A stretch of DNA of 64,000 bases from Eledone cirrhosa (lineage: Eukaryota). Both the position numbers and the translations under genes were made by a program. Shown here piece by piece: positions 53,264 to 64,000 of this stretch. A model generated the notes under the pieces. The model made no database searches. It was not told the origin of the DNA and saw only the letters and a program-made list of their open reading frames with translations. Numbering within the stretch: the stretch's first letter is position 1; the number at the start of each line of letters is the position of its first letter. Location of the stretch: the NCBI GenBank assembly GCA_964016885.1, contig OZ024740.1, forward strand, positions 341,868,001 through 341,932,000. The letters are read 5' to 3'.

Positions 53264-54044
53264 CTGAAACATAGGAAAAATAATGAAAAACAAAACTGTG
53301 TTCCCATCTACATATATTCTCTGATCTGATGTCTCAGTATTAGAAGAGATATGTCATAGTCTACCTGGTCTCTAAGCAGAGACATATTACAGCCTTCCAG
53401 CTATATCTATAAACATGCCATATACAGATCAGTAGCTGTTTATATAGTGACAAATCCAGGTCATCTTTCTTCATAGCTTTATTGGTCATACAGACAAACA
53501 AACTTTAAGTTTCCCATTAACTAGTATGATTTATGATAAGTACAGGTATGATTCTGTGATTAAGAAGTTTGCTTTACAGCTACATGGCTTCGGTTTTGAT
53601 CCCACTGCATGGCAGTTTGGGTAAGTGTTTTCTACTGTAGCCTTGTGTCAACAAAAGTCTTGAAAGTGAAGTTTGGTAGACAGAGACTATGTGGAAAGTG
53701 TTGGATGGACTGTTTCTGTTCTAGGGTAGTGGACTTAATTCATGGCCTGATTTAACACAATCAGCTGGGCCTTTGTTGCTCTTAGTGGAATTTATTCTGT
53801 TGCAAGCATTTGAGCTAAGTCATCAACCTGAGAATAACTTCTACCCACCAGTCTCAGAAGCCCAATACAGGGTTCATGCATTGGCGTTCCACCATTAATT
53901 AAATCATCACTGTGATGCCTGAGGTAAATTATTCTCTGAAGGTAGTAACTTAACTAGACACAACTAGATTCATACAGTCTATATTTCATCTCATCTATCA
54001 GAGGAATGAGAGATGGTATCAATTCTGTAGGAACGTGTAATAAA

Positions 54045-55015
54045 AAAAATAACAGCCTACAAGTAGATGTAGCTAAAAACATAGGTTTTACATGTAGCCA
54101 TTGCACCAGGACAGTAAGCAGGAAATGACCACAGGAAACATGCACTATCAAATTCTGGGAAGGTTCAGTAGAAGCAGGAGACAGCTTCTGCTACCTGGAT
54201 GATCAAATTAACAGCAGAGGTGGGTGTTCCGAAAGAACAGTAGCGAGAGTGAGAACAGGATAGAAGAAGTTCAGGGAGCTACTACCACTGCTGGCTATGA
54301 AAGGCAGATTGCATGGTGTATGCATACGAACAGCAATGTTGCATGGTAGTGAGGTCTGGGCACAGTCGATTTGTGAAGATTGGAAAGAAATGAAGCTTGC
54401 ATGTTCCAATGGATGTATAATAATAATATACAAGAACAGCAAAGCATAAATGAACTGAGAGAGAAACTAAGCATAAGAGGAATTAGATGCTGTTTGCAGG
54501 AGCAGAGATTTCATTGGTAAAGACATGTGATGCATATGAAGGATAACAGCTGTATAAAAAGGTACAGAGCGTTCAAAGTTGATGGAAGCCATGGAGTGTG
54601 AAGACTTGAGATGAGGTGATAAAAGCTGACCTTGCATAATTGCACCTCTCAAAGTCAATGACACAGGACTGAGATCGCTGGAGTTATGCAGTAATACAGA
54701 AGACACGCCTTCCCATGAGAACAGGCTGAAGCATACATCTGGAATGCACCACCTTCACCTACACCCCATCCCCCGTCCATACACCTCCCATGAGCACAGG
54801 CTGAAGCATATATCTAGTGTGCTTTACCTCCACCCCCAACTTCCAGTCACCTCCCACTGTAAATGTGGTTGGCATTAGGAAGGGTATCCAACTCTAGAAA
54901 CCAAGCCAAAATCAATTCTGTATGAGCAAGACATAGTCACCTGAGCTGGCCTATCTCACAACGTGACAACTCATCTAACCCATACTAGCATGGAAAAATG
55001 GATGTGATGATGAAG
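54045..55015 (+). mobile_element. 5'-truncated decayed RTE LINE
   Basis: DSFCYL, KKFRELLPLL and AMLHGSE remnants; RTE 3' UTR and GAT tail. Confidence 0.85.
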
Positions 55016-56156
55016 TCATTAATATGTGAAAGAAAGAGTAGAAGACACATAATTGAACTTTAAGGTACACCAGAGTTAATAGGATTGTGTCAGAAAAAGA
55101 ACTCACCCAGTAGGTGATGAAACAGTACTGTCTGACAAATTTCTGATTACCGAGATCACCTTAGAGAGACAAAGATTTAGGTAATTATAAAGGTAGTCAT
55201 CTCTGACTGACTCAATTACCTCCATTATCTATGAATTGTTGGATAATTATCTTCTTAGGAAGGAGAGTGCATTCTAACATGTATCCATAAACTAATATAG
55301 ATCCCTGCAGAAAGAGAAAGATCGAAGATCTTAGTGAGGGTAGGAGCTAGCTTTAGATCTCATCGTCTTAGGATAATGAAACATTGTCAAAACCAGTCAC
55401 CTTACTGGAGTGAACAGTCAAAGAAGGTTTTTCACATGGAGACTTAGTGTATGTGGTGATACGATATATTGACAGGAGAAACAGTTTAAAACAAGAGATA
55501 ATTGTAGTGGCTATAGTGTGTTTGTAAGTGAGTATTTGAATGTGCTTGTATATGGAAAGGTTACAAATATATCAGAAAAAATTATTCAGTTAAAATCCTG
55601 TACTGCAAGTCTTCAAACTAATTTTCTACCTTTTGCAACGTTGAATATACAGATGTTGTAAGCCAAACTGGAAGATATTCATAACTTTTCATAAGTTAGA
55701 AATTCTATTTTCTATATGGGAATATTTTGTTTTCAGTGGCACAAATGTTAGAAATCAAGTGATGGTCAATGGTGGCACTTTGAGACAAGGCATATTTAAG
55801 ATGAACAGTAATCTGTATTCAGAGGAGTTCTTACTAGTTACTTAAATTACTGATGCAAACTAAAATAAACAAGAATGGATCTAATTTTTACTGATGAAGG
55901 AGCTGATTATATTTCTCCTCAAAATACACCAACAGATTGCATTTTCTAAAATTATTTTTTTACCAAGAATGTAAACCAAAGGAACTAACTATATAAAGGT
56001 AACACCAAGACCTCACAAATTTAAATAAATAAACAAAATAACAACTTTGGAGTTGTATCTGTTTAGCAAGAGACTGTATGCTGAAAGTGAAGCAATTACA
56101 TCATGGAAGAGGCATTTTAGCCATTAAAATAAAAAAAAAACATAAAAATTGTTATA

Positions 56157-56495
56157 CAGTGGAACCTCAGTTCACGAATACCTCTCATCACAAACAAATT
56201 GGTTCACAAACAATTTTTCTGAACATAAAACGTCTCAGGTGATGAATGGTGTCTCAAGTAACAAACACACAAGTTGGCAATAACAGTTGACAACAAGCTG
56301 GGAGTACTGGCAGGAAGTGTCACTTGCTGTGTAAGATATTATGATGCTATCTATCTGTCTTTCAGACACAGTATCTCTCTCTCTCACTGTATTTCTCTCT
56401 TAACATTATGTATGGAGAAAAATAGTTTCTGTTTACGAACATTTCAGGTGACGAACGGCCTTGAGGAATGAAGTTCATGAACCGAGATTCCACTG
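56157..56495. mobile_element. Tigger/pogo-type MITE
   Basis: TA-CAGTGGAACCTCAGTTCACGAA ... TTCATGAACCGAGATTCCACTG-TA. Confidence 0.85.
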
Positions 56496-56924
56496 TATTC
56501 ACTGTTTATTTATTTCATGGTGTCAAACTTTTCATCACAATTTTTGCAACCTAGCCACTGATGCAATTTTACTGAAGTAGTTAGTGGCCAAGTTACAAAG
56601 ACTGGGATGAAAATTTCGACACCATGAAATAAATGAAAAATGAATATAATAGCTTCTGTTTGTTTGTTTGTTTTTAATAAAGTGACTTTTCAATGATATA
56701 ACTAGAAAAAAATTAACCCTAAGAATAAAAAAAAAATTCAGAAAGTGAAGACTATTTAAGATGCAAGTAAAAAGAAAGATAATAAACTATCATATATTTT
56801 ACTTGTTAAATCCTGAACAATGAAAACATTTGTTGAATACTGCTTTTAGTACAATTAAAAACAAAAACATTATTTAAATAGTTTTCATAGCAAACAATAA
56901 CCAAATTAATAAATAGAAACATAC

Positions 56925-57011
56925 CTCTTTCTTTAAGACCTTTGTTAAAGTTGCGTTGTATGAAAAATAGTTCAATCATTATAAAAGCCCAGACAACCAA
57001 TGCTATAACAA
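56925..57011 (-). CDS. Gene B exon: last transmembrane helix plus NFNKGLK motif
   Basis: ccattttcag acceptor, G|gtatgt donor; (V)VIALVVWAFIMIELFFIQRNFNKGLKER, phase 1-1. Confidence 0.85.
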
Positions 57012-57502
57012 CTGAAAATGGATAACATTTCTTTTATCAGAAATGATATTAACATCATAATATATCAAATAAATATAACATATTCTATTACTATTCTGTC
57101 GCTAAATAGATTGAGTCATTGTTAAAGTATTTATACAACATTATGGTGGGTTGGCAGTATCGGTAGAGGATCGGACACCATGCTTGCCATTCTGAGTTCA
57201 AATCTCGCCGAGGTTAACTTTGCCTTTCGTCCTTACGGGGTCGATAAAATAAAGTACCAGTAATGCGCTGGAATAATTGCTGGCCTTGTGCCAAAAGTGG
57301 AAACAATTATTTATCAGCCTTCACTTAGAATCATAGGTGCACTTTCAAGCCTTGTATCTTAAAAACATTCTCATTTTCCGCCTTATCAGGTCCATAAAAC
57401 TGTCACTTAACTTTACAAATAGAAGTAATGAGAAGAGCAATGAAAATACTACTGTAGTCCCTATAGTAATAGGAATAGTGAAGATATTAGTGTAGTGACT
57501 AT

Positions 57503-57800
57503 AGGCGCATGGCTTAGTGGTTAGAGCATTGGGCTTGCAATCAGGAGATTATGAGTTCAATTCTCGGACTGGATAATGCATTGTGTCTGTGAGCAAGACA
57601 ATTTCACGTTGCTCCAGTTTACTCAGCTGTAGAAATGAGTTGTAAAATCACTCGTGCCAAGCTGTATTGGCCATTGCCTTTCTCTTGGACAACAATGGTG
57701 GCATGGAGTGGGGAGACTGATATGCATGGGCGACTGCCTCAGAGGGCAACTTTCTGGGTGCAAATCCCATGGTCATTTTTGACTGAAGGGGGTCTTTACC
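57503..57800 (+). mobile_element. tRNA-derived CORE-type SINE; related copies at ~11050-11260, 11740-12015, 15580-15720, 24470-24770, 44830, 53545-53870 and 60530-60840
   Basis: ggcgcatggcttagtggttagagc A box, gagttcaattc B box, gagcaagaca core. Confidence 0.8.
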
Positions 57801-58263
57801 CCTATATTTATATATTACTGTAATAGTAATAGTAATAGGAACTTTTAAAATATTATAATAGTCTTTATACTTATAAGAGTAATAAAGATATTAATGTGGT
57901 TACTATAGCTATAGGAGTACTGGGTGCAGTGAAGATATTACTGTAATAGAGTGATGTCCCTATAGAAATAGGAGCTATGCAAATATTACAATAGTCATTG
58001 TACTTATAACAGAAATAAAGATATTAATGCGGTTACTATAGATTTAAAAGTAATGAAAGGAGTGAAGAAACAGCTATAGTTATAGGAGCATTGAAAAGAA
58101 GGCACACATCTAGCCATTCTCAAATCGAAATCATTAAAACCTCTCTTTATAGTAGAAATGCAAATATAAAGAAATAGTAAAACAATTATACCAGGAAACA
58201 GTACTAAATATCTAAGATGAGGTGTTATTGATATATCAGCAGGATATATCTATGTTAATATAC

Positions 58264-58345
58264 CTGAGGTCATTATACAGTAAACCATAAAACTTTCAGT
58301 AGAATTCTTGACATCGGGACTGCTTTGTGTAAAAATGGTATAGAG
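58264..58345 (-). CDS. Gene B exon
   Basis: cttatttttcag acceptor, G|gtatat donor; LYTIFTQSSPDVKNSTESFMVYCIMTS, phase 0-1. Confidence 0.85.
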
Positions 58346-58704
58346 CTGAAAAATAAGAAAATAAAAAACAAACAAAACAAAACTTAAGGAAAATAAAAAA
58401 AAATAAAAATAAATTATACAAATGTATTTCTGGATAAATTGGAAAGACTTCAGTTAATTATTCTAGATTGAAGCAAGGGAAAGAAATGATAAGGTTGTTG
58501 TGCATGATTAACCCTTTAGCATTTACATTACTCTATATTTACTATTATATTTTCATGGTAAAGGCTTTACCTCACATAATTGTGTTAACATCTGATGATA
58601 TCACACTGGTTGCTGTTGTAATGATTTCATAACAGCTCCATATTGGTGTCACTGAAATATGTATTATCCAATAAATACAATTATGTAACAGCTGTCTTAA
58701 CAGT

Positions 58705-58755
<51 letters not shown>

Positions 58756-58758
<3 letters not shown>

Positions 58759-59647
58759 GGTGTGGACGATATTTGTTTGCAATTTTCAACTGCTAATTTT
58801 ATGCAAATTTTTTTTACTGCCGTTGTCACTCTTGTCTTCATAAAAACAGTGACTATATTTCCATTATTTATTTTCAAAATAATTGATTATGAATAATTTT
58901 GAACCTCCAAATTTGTGGAAGAGACACAGAGTTCTTCTTGGAATCCACGCCGGAAGGACAAATAAGACCAGAAGATCAACTCCCAGAACAACAGGTGGCT
59001 CGCTGTCTCATCCAAAGACGTGCCCAGAGTCATGCAGACAAAGTTTCCAGCGACAACATTGGTCTTAGGTGTCGTCAGCAGTCAAGGTGACGTCATGCCA
59101 CCTTACTTCTTCCCTGAGGGCCTCAAATTGAACACTGATGGTTACATCCGCATTCTGAATGAGGTAGTAAAGCCCTGGATTGACCAGGTAGCTGTAGGTA
59201 GGCCGTACGTGTGGCAGCAAGACTCAGCGCCCTGCCATACCACCCAAAAGACCCAAGCCTGGCTGTCAGAGAAGTTCATCGACCACACTTCACCTGACAT
59301 CTGGCCTCCCAGCTCGCCTGACTGCAACCCCCTTGACTTCTTTGTGTGGGGTGCAGTGGAACGAGACACCAACAGATCTAGCTGCAATACGAAAGATGAT
59401 CTGAAGGCCAGGATCACAAGTGCCTTTAGGGGCCTAAGTCGGGGGACAGTGACAAAGGCATGTAGCCAATTCCGAGGCCGCCTTGAGGCTGTCATCAAAG
59501 CCAATGGCAGGTTTATCGAGTGAGATCGAAAGAACAAGTCATGAAGACAAACTGACCCAAGTTTGATAAATATATCTTAAAAAATAAAACTACTATGTTA
59601 CTTTTTCCTAGACAGTAATCTTGCGAACAAATATCGTCCGTACCCTG
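58756..59647 (+). mobile_element. Internally deleted Tc1/mariner element of the DD37D (maT) group
   Basis: TIRs CAGGGTGTGGACGATATTTGTTTGCAA / TTGCGAACAAATATCGTCCGTACCCTG with TA TSD. ORF 59020-59523 has QQDSAPCH...SPDCNPLD with 37 residues between the catalytic Ds. Confidence 0.92.
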
Positions 59648-60846
59648 TATATTATTGTTTAGTCTGGGAATTTTGTCCGACACTAATAATTCTGCCAATC
59701 CACTATAATAATTGTTTCTACTTTTGGCACAAGGCCATCAATTACCCAATGCATTACTGGTACTTTATTTTATCGACCCCGTAAGGATTAAGGATGAAAG
59801 GCAAAGTTAACTTCAGCGGGATTTGAACTCAGAATAGCTAGGGCCGTAATTCTATGCGCCAAAGCATGGCGTCTGACCCTCTACTGATACTGCCAAATAA
59901 TAATTGTTTCTACTTTAGGCACAAGGCCAGCAATTACCCAGTGCATTACTGGTACTTTATTTTATCGACCCCGTAAGGATGAAAGGCAAAGTCAACCTCG
60001 GTGGGATTTGAACTCAGATCGTAAAGGGACGTAACTATGCTGGAAAGCATGGTGTCCGACCCTCTACCGATACTGCCAATAGTTGACCTCAATGAGATTT
60101 GAACCACCATAACAAGAATAACTGATTGGCATAATCTCAACATGATATTGTTATAAACTCATCTTGAGAATCCATATATACTGGTAATGTTTCTTTGTAA
60201 GCCATTTCTACTCTGCAGCCGGAAGTTAACAAGAAATATTTGAAAGATGCCCTAATCATGGAAATACTTCGATTTTCTTAGCAAGATTATTCAGTCAAAC
60301 TAGTGAGCGATATACTATGTTACTAAGGAAGCTCAATCTTCAAGGATTCTAATCCTAAACATGCTCTAGAAGCAAAGTTGAGATTGATTCTGAGGCCCAT
60401 TCAGTTGATGTACGGGGTCCCAAAACAATGCAAAAAGGTTGGTAAATTCATGCAAATTATTACTCATATAGATGGCATCTATTTTCCTTCATTTGATAAG
60501 AATGATATGCATTATATTTCTTTATGTGAAGGTATGTTAGGGTGCTTAGCTCATTATCATGATGTTATGACTTTGAATCCTAGTGGCACATGGTGTCCTT
60601 GAGTAAGACATTTTATTTCACATTGCTCATAATGTTCATTCCATTAGAAAAAAATGAATTGAACCTGTAACTAAATAGGCCAGGCTTGTCCTACACTGTC
60701 ATCCTGAATCTCTCTGAGAATTACATTAAGGGTTCACGTGACTGTGGAATGCTCAGTCACTTGCATGTAAATGTTATGAGCATGCTGTACCATTGATCAA
60801 ACAACTGGAATTCTTATCGTCTGAACTGAGGGAGATTCAACACATG

Positions 60847-61140
60847 CAGGGTTGGATTAAGACCTTAGGGGCCCAGGGCACATCAGGTTTAGGGGAGCCC
60901 TCATACACAAAAAATTAGAATACACAGCAAACCCTCCAATTTTTCATATTAAAGTTAGCTTGGCGCAAGTAATTAGAATTGAAAAGTTATACACACAGGT
61001 ATTAAATTAAAAAATTCTAACCATTCTAAAACCAGCTGAGGGCACAAATAAATTGCTACGGCTGTCGCTGGTGGAGCCCCACACTATAAGGGGCCCAGGG
61101 TAATTACCACCTTTGCCCCCCCCCATTAAATCCAGCCCTG
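60847..61140. mobile_element. hAT-type MITE
   Basis: TIRs cagggttggatt / aatccagccctg; perfect 8-bp TSD aacacatg. Confidence 0.88.
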
Positions 61141-61536
61141 AACACATGTAGTTTGTTATAATTCTGTCAACATTGATAATTTACAGTGGATTTTACTAAT
61201 TTATCATATCTTTACAAGAGCTTCATAAAAAAAAAATAGTAAAATAAGTAAAATTAAATAAAATGAAAAGAATAAAAATTGAAAACTAAAAAATAAATAA
61301 AGAAATACAAAATTAAAGAAATCATCATCATCGTTTAATGTCTATCTTCTATGCTAGCATGGGTTAGATGGGTTTGTCCCATTGAGAAAAAACATCAAAA
61401 TTTAAAAGAACTTAATGGTTAATTTCAAATAATGGTGGTTGTGATAATATGCCATGAGAACCTCTACAGCACCAGCTCTCTCACAGATGGACTTCAATTC
61501 AAAACTACCCTCAAATGTAAAGAAATATTTACTTAC

Positions 61537-61623
61537 ACGTATTGTTTTAAATATGTAGTAGCCTGGTTTTAGGAATCCAATTATAATGAATATTACAACG
61601 CCTGTCTTGCTTTCTTTCTTCAT
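61537..61623 (-). CDS. Gene B exon
   Basis: ctttattcgacag acceptor, gtaagt donor; MKKESKTGVVIFIIIGFLKPGYYIFKTIR, phase 0-0. Confidence 0.88.
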
Positions 61624-61780
61624 CTGTCGAATAAAGAGAAAATTGTTTGTAAAGTACACTGTGTGTACAGGAAGTTAAACTGAGGAGGTCTGATAAGATA
61701 GAAACATGTCCTGAGTGTCACCATAACTACTAAAAATCAAACTCACTCTCTACTGCATGTTCTTATTTAATTTTTAATCA

Positions 61781-62107
61781 ACTAGGATTTTTTTCAACAT
61801 GCTGACTCGTATGTGTGTGTGTGCATATGCGTACATTTATATGTATGAGTATATAAATATAAATGCAGAAACACAGGCACACTTACAAAAATACACACTC
61901 ACAGACATATATTCACACAAACACACACACATACATTTACGCAAACACATACATACACATACACTCACACACAGCGTAGCAAGTGGAACGCCAGCTGCCA
62001 TTTTGCTATAGTTTTTTCACCATCGCTTTCCTTCCTTTTGCACACATTCACACAAACACACACACAGTGTGACAGACAGACAGAGGTCACTCAAATTTAT
62101 ATATAGA
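61781..62107 (-). mobile_element. Non-autonomous Helitron-like element
   Basis: A|TCTATATATAAATTTGAG 5' end and CTAG|T 3' end; CA-rich interior; similar sequence at ~34990-35100. Confidence 0.55.
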
Positions 62108-62574
62108 TTTGAATTTCAGAGTTTTCTCACTTGCCTTTCTTATCAAATATTGTAATTATTGCTAATGAGGTTTCTTCTCTAAATCAGGTGAAATTTTTAC
62201 CCAACCATACCAACATTCAAGAACAGATGTAAAAACAATGACTCTCTTTCTCTCTATCTCCTTTAAATAAAACAATTTACTTCTGTTTCTGATTTTGTTT
62301 GTAATTTTTGTTGTTGGGGTGGGTGGGGGTGGGGGTGGGGACCATGTTCTAAATAAAAATCAAACTATTTCTTGTAGACTCACAGAATATCTTTGCTTTA
62401 TTCCTGTAAAATATTTAACTGGTGTAAGAATATTTATCTTGTTAATAAATGTTTTTTTTCTCTAACATTCACCTTGCTAATTACCAACTTGAAGAATTGA
62501 TACTTGTTGGAATTTTAATACTCCTTTATAAACTTCAAAATTTGTCTGAATTAAATGAAACTTAAAGAACTTAC

Positions 62575-62709
62575 CAACATGTATCCAAGAAAATCCCATG
62601 TTAATGAAAATGGAATACCTATAGACAGAATGACAATCTCCATAGTGTTTAGAGTTAACATGGTAAAGTTCTGATACCGCATACTAAGAGTAAGTATCAC
62701 GAAGCTGAC
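62575..62709 (-). CDS. Gene B exon (most 5' exon visible); multi-pass membrane protein, UPF0658-like
   Basis: tttccctatag acceptor, gtaagt donor; VSFVILTLSMRYQNFTMLTLNTMEIVILSIGIPFSLTWDFLGYML, phase 0-0. Five exons chain in frame. Confidence 0.88.
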
Positions 62710-63164
62710 CTATAGGGAAATATTAAAAGAATTGGACTTTAAAAATATATTTCAACTTGACATTTAAAAAAACTGGGTTTTATAAATGAAATATATCTGA
62801 AGAAAATATGAATAATTTAGTCATCCAACACGGTAAATAAGATCAGTTTAGCACAAATACTGCACATAATTTTATATGTGGAGATAAGTGTGTGTGTGTA
62901 ATGATTTATAGGTATGAGACATGGATGATGAACTTGACACAACAGAATAGGCTGGAAAGAACACAAATGAGAATAGTTCAGTGGATGAGTGGAGTATTGC
63001 TGAAAGAGAGGACAACAAACAATAAATGGCAGAGGATAATGAGAATAGAACCAAAGATGAATAGAGAGTTGTAAAGAGAAATGCAACGAGATAGTTGGGT
63101 CATGTGTTGAAAAAGAATGAAAATGACTGGAGGAAGAAGAAAACCAAGAAAGGCATGGCTAAAG

Positions 63165-63650
63165 ATGGTCTTCTTCGGTCTTAGGTTCTTCTGTGCCTTT
63201 TGGTGCATCGAGCAGTAGGTAGTTACCAACGATCACAATCAGCAGCGGCTTTTTCCCGTCCATGCCAAGTGATGTTGGCTGCCACCAGGCCTTTTTAGAA
63301 CTTTTGTCACCAGGTGATCCTGGGCCAACCCCGCCTCCATTTACCGCCAGATGGAGTCCAGTTCATCACCGTTTTCGAGCGTCGTTCATTGGGCAGGGGC
63401 AGAATATGACCAGCCAAGCAGCACCAGTGCTCTGTGACCACCCTCTGCAGCATCCATGACTTGGCTCTCCACAGGATTTCCTCATTTTGCACTCGGTCGC
63501 ACCAGGACACATAAAGGATCCTTCACAGGCACCGCTGGTGGAATACGTTCAGCGGTCTCTCTATCTTTGCCATGTTCTTCCAGGTTTCGCTCGCATAAAG
63601 CACTGTTGGTAGCATGATGCTCTTGTACAGGTGCAGCTTGATCCTGGCTA
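63165..63650 (-). mobile_element. RTE-1/BovB-like LINE 3' fragment, adjacent to an older plus-strand LINE fragment (~62870-63165)
   Basis: KLHLYKSIMLPTVLYASETW...FHQRCL*RIL..SW.DRV.NEEIL...LAGHIL...RGWPRITW. Confidence 0.85.
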
Positions 63651-64000
63651 AAGATGATGGTGGAGAAAATGAAAGCCAGGTAATTGGTGAGAGGAGATGC
63701 AGATGGTAGGGGGAAATGGAGAAGCTTGTTATGGGGCCTACAAAATTAATAATTGCTTTAGTAGAGATGGTCTTAATACATTTGTTGTATAAATGTGTGT
63801 AATAATGTGTTTTGTTATTGTATTGACAGGTGACAATGTAGAATGTAAGTTCTGTTATTGTATTGAGAGATATGTGAGTTTTGTTGTAGTAGTGGAAGAT
63901 GGTTATATATAATGTATTGAGTAAATTATGTTGTAGTATTGGGAAGTAGCTGTGTAGAATGTGTTGTGTAAGTTGTGTTTTAGTATTGGATGGAATCTGT

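Noticed and set aside
57503-57575. tRNA-like sequences with A/B boxes
   Set aside because: They are SINE heads that continue into SINE bodies; I found no complete cloverleaf.
57430-58100. Degenerate AT-rich tandem tract, and the TG-rich tract at 63.78-64.0 kb
   Set aside because: Ordinary low-complexity minisatellite sequence.

Overview
This is AT-rich, repeat-dense eukaryotic DNA. The mix of RTE LINEs with (GAT)n tails, tRNA-derived SINEs and MITEs suggests an octopod cephalopod (inference). Nearly all ORFs in the supplied track are transposon remnants or noise. Reading splice sites by hand gives two intron-rich minus-strand host genes that the track misses. Gene A (exons ~29.0 to 9.4 kb) encodes a ~250-260 aa protein with an RGS (regulator of G-protein signalling)-like domain. 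Gene B (exons 62.7 to 53.2 kb, 5' end outside the window) is the 3' part of a multi-pass membrane protein ending in the 'NFNKGLK' motif that I associate with UPF0658-like proteins. The rest is a near-full-length RTE LINE nested in a hAT MITE that is itself nested in a SINE, several decayed RTE copies, a cluster of CRE-type (RLE) non-LTR fragments beside a putative head-to-head promoter, a deleted DD37D/maT transposon, mariner, Gypsy and Helitron remnants, many MITEs, and a cluster of fold-back hairpins (one hammerhead-like) just downstream of gene B. No prokaryotic-type system or CRISPR array is present. All calls were made by eye, and no database searches were run.
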